64,000 bases of DNA from NCBI GenBank assembly GCA_964016885.1, contig OZ024742.1, positions 6,696,001-6,760,000 of the forward strand, given 5' to 3'. Positions 25,167-36,038 of the stretch are shown one piece after another. This stretch comes from Eledone cirrhosa. Its lineage: Eukaryota. The translations under genes were made by a program, and so were the position numbers. The notes beneath the pieces are model-generated. The model made no database searches, was not told the origin of the DNA, and saw only the letters and a list, made by a program, of their open reading frames with translations. The first letter of the stretch is position 1, and every line of letters starts with the position of its first letter.

Positions 25167-28100
25167 CTATCTATCTATCTAAGGCGGGTAGAATTCCCGA
25201 GATCCATGGACGAGTTCTCTCCAGCGGTCTCTGTCCCCCATTATCGCTGCCATATCCTGCATCTCCAACAGACCAGTGTCTGTCCTTAGGGCATCAACAT
25301 ATGTTAACCTTGGTCTTCCTCTTCTAGTGTGTCCATGTAGGGGCTCCCAAAGGAGCACTGAGTGCAATGTCAACTCTGGATGTCGGTGAGCATGTCCAGC
25401 CAACCTCAGTCTCCTCTGTGTCACTTTTGAGCTGACTTTTGGGATGCTCCCATACAGCTCTGAGTTTTTCATCCTCAGTGTATACTGATTAATGTTCAGA
25501 GCCATCCTCAGCATTCTCGTGTAGCACCCATCCACCATCTGAGTGAGTCTCTTGGTCAGTGTCCAAGTCTCAGACCCATACAGCAGCACAGACTCCACTA
25601 CAGCAATGAAGAGGCGGACTTTCAGGTCTCTACGAAAGTCCGACTTCCACACCGATCTCAAGCTGTGACACGCCGCCCAGGCCTTGCTCTTCCTCTCAAC
25701 CACATCATCTTCCGTATTCCCAATCTTTGCTCCCAAATACAGGAAGTCCTCAACCAATTCCAGCAGCTTCCCGCCTACATTAGTGATCCCCTCTGGCTTC
25801 TCAACATTCTCTACCAGATATTTTGTTTTAGTCTCATTCATTCTCAGCCCCACACTCATCGACACAGTCTCAACCTCCCGCATCAAATCCTCTGCCTCCT
25901 TCACTGTATTTGTCACCAAAACTATGTCATCGGCAAATTCAGCATCCGATACCTTTTTCGCCCCAACTCTCCTGCTCTGAGCCGGTGCTACAGTAAAGCC
26001 AGAGTCCTGGTGTTTCTCCAGTGCAAGGCGCATACAATAGTCCACTACGATGATAAAAAGGTAGGGAGCCAATGTATCTCCCTGGAGCACTCCAGCCAGT
26101 ATCTCAAAGAACTCTGTCATCCCATCAGGTGTAATGACTTGGGCTTTGGTGTTGGTGTAGAGCAGTGATATCAGGTCCACTATCCTCTTGGGGATTCCAT
26201 AAGCCTGTAAGATCTTCATCAGGCAGTAACGGTCCACAGAATCAAAGGCCTTCCTAAAGTCAATGAAAACCATGACCGCAGGAAGGCACTTTGCTCTAGC
26301 TCCCTCTAATATCCTCCTCAGCATCAGGATGTGACTGGTGGTTGATCTACCCTCTCTGAAGCCGTTCTGGTTGTCCCTGAGCTTCTTCTCCATCTCAGGC
26401 TGGATCCTGTTAAGAATCATCCTGTTGAGGGTCTTTGCCACAAGTGACGTCAGTGAGATCCCCCGGTAGTTGTTGGTGTTAGAGAGATCTCCCTTCTTTG
26501 ACACTGGGACGATGTTACTGATCCTCCACTGATTCGGGGCAACTCCTTTCTCCAGTGCCCCGTTACAGAACCCCAGGATGATATCATCAAAATCACACCT
26601 CTTCATCACCTCTGATGCCACTCCATCTTCTCCATGAGCCTTGCCCTCCTTGATCTTCTTCTTGGCTCTCTGAAGCTCCTCTCTGGTGAAGGACTCTGTC
26701 TCAACATCCAGTTCCTCAAACAGCCGCCTGATCTCCCCAGTGCTCTGGGCTGTGGAGGGTGGCTCTCCTAGTAGGGTCCTAAAATAGTCTAGCCATTTCC
26801 TCTTCCTATCCTCGGGCCCCGTTCCCTGGATCTGACTCGAACACCTTTTCTTCCTCCCTGTGATCTCGTTGATGATCATCCAGCTCTCCTTACATCCAGA
26901 TCTGTCAACCGCTCTCTCCACACTTCTGATCTTCTCTATCAGTGCCTCCTCTCTGACCTCAGTGTAAGCGGTACAGAGCTCTTCCCTCATCACCTCCACA
27001 GTCTCCATCCTCTCCTCCGTAGGATCAGCATAGAATTGGTCCCTGGCAGCTTTCAGGTGTTCTCTGGCTGCACACACTTTTGGGTTTGCAGAGCTGAGGT
27101 GCTTCCCTTTGTTCTTTTTCCTCGGCACCAGGGTTTCACTTGCTTTCGCCACTGCATTGGTGAAGTGCCCGTACCTCCTCGTCACACTCTCCTCAGTCCA
27201 TCCAATCTCTCTCTCCTCTGACTCTCCACACAGAGCACTAAACCTGTTTCTCACTTCCACTGTGAACCTCTCCTGTAGCTTATCATCTTCCTTGAAAGCT
27301 CCCCAGTCATAGATTGTTCTCCGGGGCTGAGCCTTGCTCTTTCTTAAGCTCACGCGGACCTCACTCATAACAAGCCGGTGGTCACTACCTAGTGTACTGA
27401 AATAGCTGTATGGTTCCGTGTTCAGAACACTATTCCGCCACTTTTTCCTCACCAGAATGAAATCAATCTGGGACTTGGACAGGTGCATATCTGAGATGTA
27501 GGTCCACATCTTCCCCAGATTCTTCCTAAACCTTAGGTTGGTCACCATCAAGTTCGCCTCCAGCAGGGTGTCTCTCAGTAGTCTTCCATTTCTGTTGGTG
27601 TTGTTATGGAAGTACCAGCAAGGATCTTCACTGCTCTCCTTACTCAGATGTGCATTGAAGTCCCCCAAAACAAGCAGGATATTGTGTGCCTGAGTGGTGT
27701 TGACAGCTCTACACACCTCCTCATGGAACTCCCCGGCATTCACATCACTGCCCCCCTCGGTTGGACTATAGGCTGAGATGACTGTCAGTCTTGGGTTTCC
27801 ATTGAAGGTCACCCTCAACACTCGCGGGGAGATAGGCATTATTTCCCTCACCAACAGATTGGTTTTTGCACTAAACACAAAACCCACTCCTCCCACTGCA
27901 GCATTTGTTGTGTTCTTCACTGCCGATGTAGTGATGAGCTGGCTCTTCCTCCCGATCATCACACTCCTCACGGGCTCATCGTGTAGAATCCTGTGTTCTT
28001 GGATCGCAAGTATCTGTATACCACTCTCCTCGAACAGATGTCCCAACTCCTCTCTCTTCTCCAGCGTTCGAATAGTCCTCACATTCAAAGTGCCCATTTT

Positions 28101-28488
28101 GATGGCTCTCCTGCAGGACAAAACTGCATTCTTTATATTTGTCTCAGAGACAGCTGATCCATCATCCACTGGCCCTCTCTGTGGCTCTAAGCCAGCAGAG
28201 TCATAACGACCAGACTGCTCCTTGACAGTGTAATTAGGGGCTCTAACCCTAGTGCTGTTAGATCGACTCTCCATATTTCTTTTCAATGGATGACAATACC
28301 TTACCGGCGCCACTCGAATAAGGTAGTTATTTAACCCATAAATGGAGCCCTAACAGGTACTACCACCCTGGGCCAGGGCAGACCTGGGAGTCATGACAAC
28401 TAAGGGGTAACTCCACATTCCCCACATCTCCTGAACTCCCGAACTGGAGCCTTGCCACTGGATGTAGTTTAATGTCATACCCAGGACA
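25163..28488 (-). mobile_element. Apparently full-length RTE-clade LINE inserted in (TA)n
   Basis: ~210-nt 5' UTR, single intact ORF, (TAGA)n tail, long (TA)n on both sides. Confidence 0.92.
25179..28274 (-). CDS. RTE LINE ORF: APE endonuclease plus reverse transcriptase (1031 aa from the first ATG; frame open to 28313)
   Basis: APE: [37 protein letters not shown]: [51 protein letters not shown]-terminus [12 protein letters not shown]. No stops or frameshifts. Confidence 0.96.
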   Translation of the reverse strand: MESRSNSTRVRAPNYTVKEQSGRYDSAGLEPQRGPVDDGSAVSETNIKNAVLSCRRAIKMGTLNVRTIRTLEKREELGHLFEESGIQILAIQEHRILHDEPVRSVMIGRKSQLITTSAVKNTTNAAVGGVGFVFSAKTNLLVREIMPISPRVLRVTFNGNPRLTVISAYSPTEGGSDVNAGEFHEEVCRAVNTTQAHNILLVLGDFNAHLSKESSEDPCWYFHNNTNRNGRLLRDTLLEANLMVTNLRFRKNLGKMWTYISDMHLSKSQIDFILVRKKWRNSVLNTEPYSYFSTLGSDHRLVMSEVRVSLRKSKAQPRRTIYDWGAFKEDDKLQERFTVEVRNRFSALCGESEEREIGWTEESVTRRYGHFTNAVAKASETLVPRKKNKGKHLSSANPKVCAAREHLKAARDQFYADPTEERMETVEVMREELCTAYTEVREEALIEKIRSVERAVDRSGCKESWMIINEITGRKKRCSSQIQGTGPEDRKRKWLDYFRTLLGEPPSTAQSTGEIRRLFEELDVETESFTREELQRAKKKIKEGKAHGEDGVASEVMKRCDFDDIILGFCNGALEKGVAPNQWRISNIVPVSKKGDLSNTNNYRGISLTSLVAKTLNRMILNRIQPEMEKKLRDNQNGFREGRSTTSHILMLRRILEGARAKCLPAVMVFIDFRKAFDSVDRYCLMKILQAYGIPKRIVDLISLLYTNTKAQVITPDGMTEFFEILAGVLQGDTLAPYLFIIVVDYCMRLALEKHQDSGFTVAPAQSRRVGAKKVSDAEFADDIVLVTNTVKEAEDLMREVETVSMSVGLRMNETKTKYLVENVEKPEGITNVGGKLLELVEDFLYLGAKIGNTEDDVVERKSKAWAACHSLRSVWKSDFRRDLKVRLFIAVVESVLLYGSETWTLTKRLTQMVDGCYTRMLRMALNINQYTLRMKNSELYGSIPKVSSKVTQRRLRLAGHAHRHPELTLHSVLLWEPLHGHTRRGRPRLTYVDALRTDTGLLEMQDMAAIMGDRDRWRELVHGSREFYPP

Positions 28489-28511
28489 TATGTATGTATG
28501 TATATACATAT

Positions 28512-28581
<70 letters not shown>

Positions 28582-28666
28582 TTGAGATAAGCAGAACAAG
28601 CAAAATTCAAACAATATTTTAAAATAAATAAAAAAATATAATTTAAATATTTACCTACTCCAGTTG

Positions 28667-28746
28667 CTTTTACCGATCGGTTTCACTTCACAAAACATTA
28701 GAAATCCATGGGGACCTCCAATGGAAAAGTCAAGATCATCAGAGAT
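28667..28746 (-). ncRNA. Hammerhead-like motif with extended stem II
   Basis: Minus strand CTGATGA-(51 nt)-GAAA-CCGATCGG-TA; perfect palindromic stem III ACCGATCGGT; weak stem I. Confidence 0.5.
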
Positions 28747-29827
28747 ATATATATATATATATTTATTTATATATTTATCTATCTTTCTGTCTGTCTCTCT
28801 CATTCTTATATAATATATCTGTTAGAACACGAAAAGTGTGAAACAACAGAATGTTCACTTTTCGTGTTCTAACATATATGCCTAACATCTTCATAAATTT
28901 TCCCGGGATAGCCGTGGTGGTGGTGATCGTATGTCATTGGCTAATTTTCAACCAATCAGAGTAAGTGTTGATATATATATATACTATTCCCCCTCTCTCT
29001 ATATATATCTTACGCTTTACACTCCTCCCCTTCAATAACACATTTCCCCCTCTCTATATATCTCTTCCACTGTTACTTACGCCTGTTTCTCTCTATCTGT
29101 TCCGTCTCTATATATATATCTCTTACTCTTTCGCTTTGCACTCCTCCCCTTCAATACCATCTCTCCCCCTCTCTATATATTTGTTACTCTATCGCTGCAC
29201 GCTCCTCTCCTTCAATATATCAATTACACACGCTTTACACTCCTTTATCCCCAGCGCCCCTATATATACACCCCCCTCCCGCATCTATATTTTAATGTTC
29301 CGTTGCACCGTGAATATATGTGTCTATATATATATACATATATATTGTATATACACATTCATGTATGTGTATACACACTCATGTATGTATATACACTGGT
29401 TTTATGTGTGTATTGTAAATTTGTACTGTTAAAACACGAAACTAACATTCGATTGACACTTTACCTGTACAGGCAATAGTTATTAGAATGCTGTTGAAGT
29501 GTGTATATATTTTTGGGGGACATCCTGTATATACACACATTATATATAATACAATAAACAGATAAATACACACATATATATATGAGCTTATTTAATTATA
29601 AATATTGTGAATTTTTAACTCAGTTCAATTATATATATAAATGGCTTCTACAGGACTAGAACTGTTTCATTCGAAAGAAATCATCATAATATTGAGAGGG
29701 GGGACTAGATAAAATATTTCAAATCAAATGTGTATAAGTTATAAGTTAAAATGTATAAATAGAGACGATAGTGGAGGTATATCTGTTTAGTGGAACAGTA
29801 GACGATAGAATTAAATACAGACGAGAA

Positions 29828-30424
29828 TAGTTAATTCTTAGAGTGTAACATATAAAAATAAATACATCTATGTTTAATGTAATAACAGCTATAAATAATT
29901 ACGTAATATTATTATCATATACTCATAGTAACAAAATAATTGTGTTGAAAATTAATATGATGCTTATATGAACGATCAAATCTATAATGATAATTTCTTA
30001 AATATACTAATAGTAAAATAATTTAGTTATCTATTGTTACATTTTCATAGAACTATAATATTAACAATCGTATTGCATTATCAAATTTTTATCACTACAA
30101 ACTTTCATATTGGAATTACCTTAAGCCACTTATTATTACTTCGCTTTCGTACTTTTACAGCTGTAGATATTGCGCTGTATCTTATATCTAATATCAATAT
30201 CTCATGGTAATTTGCATGCAGTGTAAAATAGGTTTATTAATAACTTTAATATGAAATGTATTATACAGGGCTGCGGAGTCGGCCAAAAATTGACTGGCTC
30301 CAACTCAGGATCCGATACTCCATTATTTCCTAAATTTCAGCTCCGCAGCTCTGTTATTATATTAATTAAATTATTTTATAGTTGTAAATCATATTTTTAT
30401 ATGTTACACTCTAAGAATTAACTA
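29828..30424. mobile_element. 597-bp segment bounded by perfect 33-bp inverted repeats
   Basis: TAGTTAATTCTTAGAGTGTAACATATAAAAATA at 29828-29860 and its reverse complement at 30392-30424. Confidence 0.6.
30266..30353. mobile_element. 88-bp hAT-like MITE
   Basis: TIRs CAGGGCTGCGGAG / CTCCGCAGCTCTG; 8-bp flanks GTATTATA / TTATTATA (7 of 8 match). Confidence 0.7.
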
Positions 30425-30602
30425 AGTGAAATAGCGTAAAAATAAAGGCTTCGTTGGTTTAAGCTATTTTTATAAAGGATGCCACAGAATGTACGATATA
30501 TAATGATTACAATATTTTTTAGCAACAACTCTAGTCCCACACTTTTGAAGGTTTATTATAACATTCTGTGGCACTTTTGAGCTTGCGCATTTTTCATGTC
30601 TA

Positions 30603-30665
<63 letters not shown>

Positions 30666-30870
30666 ATATAGAAATGGATTCTACAGGACTAGAACTGTTT
30701 CATTCGGGAGAAATCATCAGGCAGCTAACTGCCCAAGTAATATGGTGGTATTTATATCTTTTCTGGTCGTAGGAGAGGGTGGTGATTGGGATGGGTGGAG
30801 GCCATTAGTTGTTGGGTTTAAAGAAAAAGGAATTCTTTAAAATCTAAACCTATCAAAGAATGGCCTCCAC

Positions 30871-30908
<38 letters not shown>

Positions 30909-31305
30909 GAAAGGTATAGAAATTGTTTTAGCGAGAAGCTAATAGTATTCTATAACATATATGCGACTATGTCGTCAATATGGGAAAAGTAGTTAACGTA
31001 AGATTTATGAAAAATAATTCAAACTCATCTCAAAAGAGAATCAGGATATAAATTCATCCACAGAATTTAGTGAAATCCAGGGAAAAATCAATACACCTTT
31101 AACTCATGATAAAATAAAGTTTAAAACACTTATCCTTCAATTTGGAATAACATCAAATGCTCTGTATAGTCTTAAAGACTATTTCATGAAAACTTTTAGT
31201 GGAGATGGTCACGGTTGGATTTCAATCGTCAGCAGAGCTCAACAGATAACCAGGGCTACCACAGAATTATAAGCCAAAAAGGGAATTCTAAAACTGGCTA
31301 GTTCA

Positions 31306-31370
<65 letters not shown>

Positions 31371-31374
31371 GTAA

Positions 31375-31560
31375 AAATGGATTCTCCAGGACTAGAACTG
31401 TTTCATTCGGAAGAAATCATCGTGGCTTTCTGATGATTTCTCCCGAATTAAACAGTTCTAGTCCTGTAGAATCCATTTCTATATTAAATATTTATACTCT
31501 GCTTTGTATTGAGTAGCTTACTTACAGTGGTTATCCCCGATTGAACCCGGGTTAAACATA
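31375..31560. repeat. Short foldback of a hammerhead-like pLTR sequence; further copies at 29641-29688 and 30662-30730 (minus)
   Basis: ATGGATTCT.CAGGACTAGAACTGTTTCATTCGG.AGAAATCATC, a 9-nt spacer, then its reverse complement; core CTGATGA-TTTCTCCCGAAT-GAAA. Confidence 0.7.
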
Positions 31561-31809
31561 CACTCACACACACACAAATATATATATAAATAAACATATA
31601 TACACGCGACATCAACGTATCATTGCTGTGTCTACGTCAATTGGTGTCCATGAGGGTGTATATTAGGGAATATCTCATGGTTGTCCATGAGGGTGTATAT
31701 TTAGTGTGTATCTCATAGGTGTCGGTAAGGGTCTATATTATGGTATATCTCAGTACCTTATTGAGAGCGTATGAAGGAAAAAGAACAGGAAATTCTATCT
31801 ACCATTATT

Positions 31810-31981
31810 GTGGATTGGCTGTATCGGTAGAAGGTCGGACGCCATGCTTTGACGCATAGAGTTACGGCCCTTGCCATTCTGAGTTCAAATGCCGCCGAGG
31901 TTAACTTACGGGGTCGATAAAATAAAGTACCAGTAATACACTGGGATAATTGCTGGCCTTGTGTCAAAAGTAGAAACAATT
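31810..31981 (+). mobile_element. tRNA-derived SINE copy with a small internal deletion
   Basis: Aligns to 384-569, lacks the GCCTTTCATCC segment. Confidence 0.85.
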
Positions 31982-32338
31982 ATTTGAGATATATTGAATA
32001 TTTTATGTCAACTTTTCATGCTTCTTCAAACCTGTTATGTAATGGCAGACGATATACGGCAGTTTAGCATCCTAACAAATTGTCTATAGGCAGTCAGTAG
32101 TCTGTATTGAACCATATCTCTTCACAGCTCTTCTAATATCTTCTACCATCTTCTAGAGTTATTTCTTGAACAATAACTAATCATTCTTCCAACAAATGGT
32201 TAATTACTTTCTTATTAGCGATGTAATTCCGTCTACATACTAAGCCAAAAATTACAACTCTCAACCTGTATGTATATCTATATATATATATATATATATA
32301 TGTATGAATGTTTGTATGTACTTATGTATGTATGTATG

Positions 32339-35300
32339 TTCTTCTGGTTTTATAAGTTCACAAAGTTTTACCAATAGAGAGAGAGTCGGTTTCTAACATA
32401 GACACAAGACTCTCTCATTGGAAGTTACACAACATCAACTAGGTAGATAGGTATGTATGCATGCATGTGTAGATATGGATGTTATTGTATGTGTGGATGT
32501 GGATGTTTTGAGTTGTATGTGTGCATGTGTATATGCTTTGCATCTGTACATGTGTATATGCAATTATTAGATGCAAAATTTCTGGAATGTTTTACATAAT
32601 TTTACTGTTCTATTAATGGATTGTACTTGTAATTTCCTAACTAGTTGTGTTCTTTCTGTTCCTGTGAAGCCTAGCTTCTCAAGATTTGTATTGAGGCAAT
32701 TACTAACATATCCCAGTGCCCCAATAATCACAGGCATAAATCTGAAGGCGTAATCAGGGTGGAGTATCTGCAAATTTCTCATCAGTTCTGCATAAATATT
32801 CTCCTTTTTACTAATCTTTGATATTATATTGGCATCTCCTGGGCAGCTAATTTCCACTACTGTGCATGCTTTCTTCTCCCTGTCCCATATCATAATATCT
32901 GGTCTGTTATGCCTGCATTTTATTTGGGTTTTTACTGGAACATTCCACCAGTACACTTTCATATTTTGTACATGGATGTCTTCCACATTGCTGTAGCTGT
33001 TAATGTGTTTATTATCGGGGCTATCTTTTTTACGAACTGCATTGTACAGTGTTTTGGCCACTACATCATGCCTCATATGTAGATAGTACCGCGATGACAT
33101 CTTTGGACAGCTGCTGATGACATGGGTGATATCCTCGATGTTAGTTCTGCAGAGTCTGCACTTGATATTACATCTAGGTGTTTTGCCTGCATCCCTATCT
33201 CTTTTGTGAATCAGGTATATCGTGTTAATCTTCTGTTCTTGGATTGCAAAAGCGTATTCTTCAAAGTGGGAGCCAATATAGCGGTTGTTGGTCCAAGATA
33301 GACTACTTTCCTTATCTATATTACTCTCACTCTGGAGCTGCTGGCAACATATCCATGCTTGATATTTTGCTGATAAGCATGCAGTTTTTCATCCATGGAT
33401 TCACTGCGATACTGCTGAGCAACATCCCTGGGTGTGAGTTTTTTTTTATTATCACACAAGGAATATCTCTCAAGGAGTTCCTTCCCAACTCTCATGATCT
33501 TAGCTGTTTCATGCAGATAGACTTGCTCGAGAAACGGGCTCCTACGCTTCGAGGTTCGTAGATGTTGTCGGAGAGATATGATGGGACATTCAAATGTTGT
33601 CTGGACTGATGTTAGGCCTCTGCCTCCCTGCTTACGTTTCAAGTAAAGGCGGTCTATGTCACTGTTGATGTGGAAGTTTCCGGTGTTGTTTAGTATTTTT
33701 CGAGTTCCAACATCAACTGCTCGGATTTCGTCTATCGTCCAATTGAGTATTCCAAACGTTGGTGTTAGGACAAGCACAGCAAACACATTGTGAGCCACTG
33801 TTTTGTTTTGTGTAGAGAGTTCCGATGACCAGATCTTTCTTAATCGGGTGTAGTATTCCCTGGTTACGCGTTCTTTATTACAGATACCATTATAGGATAT
33901 GTTCTCATATATCCCCAAGTATCTCTAGCAGTCCTCATCAGATATCGGTGAAACAGTTAGGCCATTGATGACAATGTTGCTAGATTGGGTAGTTGTTTTT
34001 GCTCGCTTTACAGTCATGTATGAGCATTTATCTTGGCCAAACTCCATTCCTATATCCTTTGAGAACGTTGTAACCAGATCAAGATTTTTCTTCGTCCCAT
34101 CCATATTCTTGGCATAGAGTTTCAGATCGTCCACAAAGAAATTATGGGTTAGGTTCGTATTTCTGTCCTCTTGTGAGCCAATGATGTATCCCTCACATTT
34201 CTTGAGCAGAAAGGACAAGGTGTTTAATGACAAGATGAATAATATCACAGAGAGACTGTCCTCCTGAAATATCTCCTGCAATATTTTATTTTATCAGTGA
34301 AAATAGAGTCCTCCCTCTCTGTCTTTAACCTTAGGATAGTAGCCCAAGAGGAAGACAGCTTCTCTATGGCTCTGACAATAATGTCTGGGACTTTAGCAAG
34401 TTGGAGGGCCGCTATCATCCAAGAGTGGGGAACAGAATCGAAAGCTTTCCTGTAGTCTAGCCAGACTGTAGCCATATTCCCCCTAAGTTGTCGCACCTCC
34501 GACATCGCAGTTTTGTTGATTTGGAGTTGTTCAGCACATCCCCAAACCCCTTTCTTTCCAGCTGCTTGTTCATCTGTGATGATGTTAATATTTTCACAGT
34601 GATCTTGGAGGAATAGGTTCAGGCAGGCTGTATACATCTTATACATCAGGTTCTGGCATGCAATGGGTCGGTAGTTTTTTGCCAAGTGGGTGTCTTTGTT
34701 CTTGGGGACCAGTAATGTTTGTGCTAATGTCAACCATTCTGGTATAAGTGTATCTCCCTTAAGATCTTGTTGGTAGAGGTCAGTAAGATACCTCCGATAG
34801 AATATCAGTTTTTTGTACCAGTAGCCGACAATCATGTCTCTTCCTGGTGTTTTCTTATCTTGGAGTTTTCCTATCACAGTCTCAAAAGTACCCTCACTTA
34901 TTTCGTATGTTTTTGTTGTAGTCTAGGAGCAATAGTTCTTTCGGATTTCTCTTAGCCACACTGCATCTTGGTTGAAATTCTTCCTTTCACCCCATATTTT
35001 GCTCCAAAAGGAATCTATGTTTTTCTGGGATGGGGCCTCAGTGACACTTATTATTTTGCCCTTCATATCTCTATAGACTGATGTTTGGTTTCGTCTGAAT
35101 CTTTTATTAAGCACTTTTCTCTCATCTACCTTCTTCATGTATCGGCGTTTTTCGCTAACAGCTCTCAATTCTTGTTTGAGGGTGATCAGCTTATATTGGA
35201 GAGTTCTGGTTCTACTGTTACCAAACATCGTCTCTATTTTATTTTTCAATCTTTGTTGGTGAGGAGTGAGGTTTTTTTGTGTTTGTTTGCATGTAAGGAG

Positions 35301-35355
35301 CATTGTCACATATCCTATGTTTTTCGTAGGTCAGCACTCTTCTTTTCTATTTTAG
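32339..35355 (-). pseudogene. Decayed R4/Dong-type non-LTR retrotransposon (RT, CCHC knuckle, restriction-like endonuclease)
   Basis: NYRPIAC, WLDYRKAFDSVPH, IFQEDSLS, FFVDDLKLYA, CRLC..EDITHVISSC..RHD, RPDIMIWD..VVEISCP (PD-(D/E) nuclease); several frameshifts and stops. Confidence 0.9.
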
Positions 35356-35569
35356 TTATATGTATGTATGTGTGTATGTATTTATGCATGTATGCGTGTG
35401 TATGTATGTATGTATGTATGCATGTGTATTTATGTATGCATGTGTATGTATGTATATATGTATGTATTTATGTATGTGTATTTATATAAGTATGGGTGTG
35501 TATATGTGTGTGTATCTATATATGTATGTTTGTAGGTATTTAACTATGTAAGTATGTATGATGCATATG

Positions 35570-35800
35570 TGTGTGATATAGATATAGAAAGGGGGATAGT
35601 TTGGTGTTAATTGATGAGAGAGGGGATTGGGAAAGAATGTTGTATGGTTAATGTAGAGAGGGGGATAGTTTGGTGTTAATCTATATAGAGAGGGGTATTG
35701 GAAGAGAGTTCTGTGTAGTAGATTCAAAGAGGGGGAGAGTTTGGTGCTAATTGATATAGAGAGGGGGATTGGAAGAGAGTTTCGTGTAGTAGATATATAT
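35570..35800. repeat. Degenerate GAGAGGGGG..TTTGGTGTTAAT repeat, continuing at 41470-41800 beyond the Tx1-like LINE
   Basis: Shared GAGAGGGGGATTGGAAG.GAG..TT.GTGTAG.AGATATATAT on both sides. Confidence 0.7.
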
Positions 35801-36038
35801 TTCTATTTATTTGCCACCAGGGCATCAAAGATTGGAACAAATACAAAGGGGGGAGTTTACATACATTTAAAAAGACGTGTAAAAACATATAACAAATTAA
35901 ATTTAACAATCGATATCCTCAATAGGGAGGGGCGTTGACATGGGTCGCACACACCCCCGAAAAAAATGTGCAACCCTCCTCTTCATGAGCACAAAGAGCG
36001 GGTGCTTCCTTCCTCTCCTCATTCTTCTCCTCTCTCAC

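Noticed and set aside
32000-32270. Possible host exon in unique sequence
   Set aside because: Stops in the frames I checked and no convincing splice pair or protein similarity
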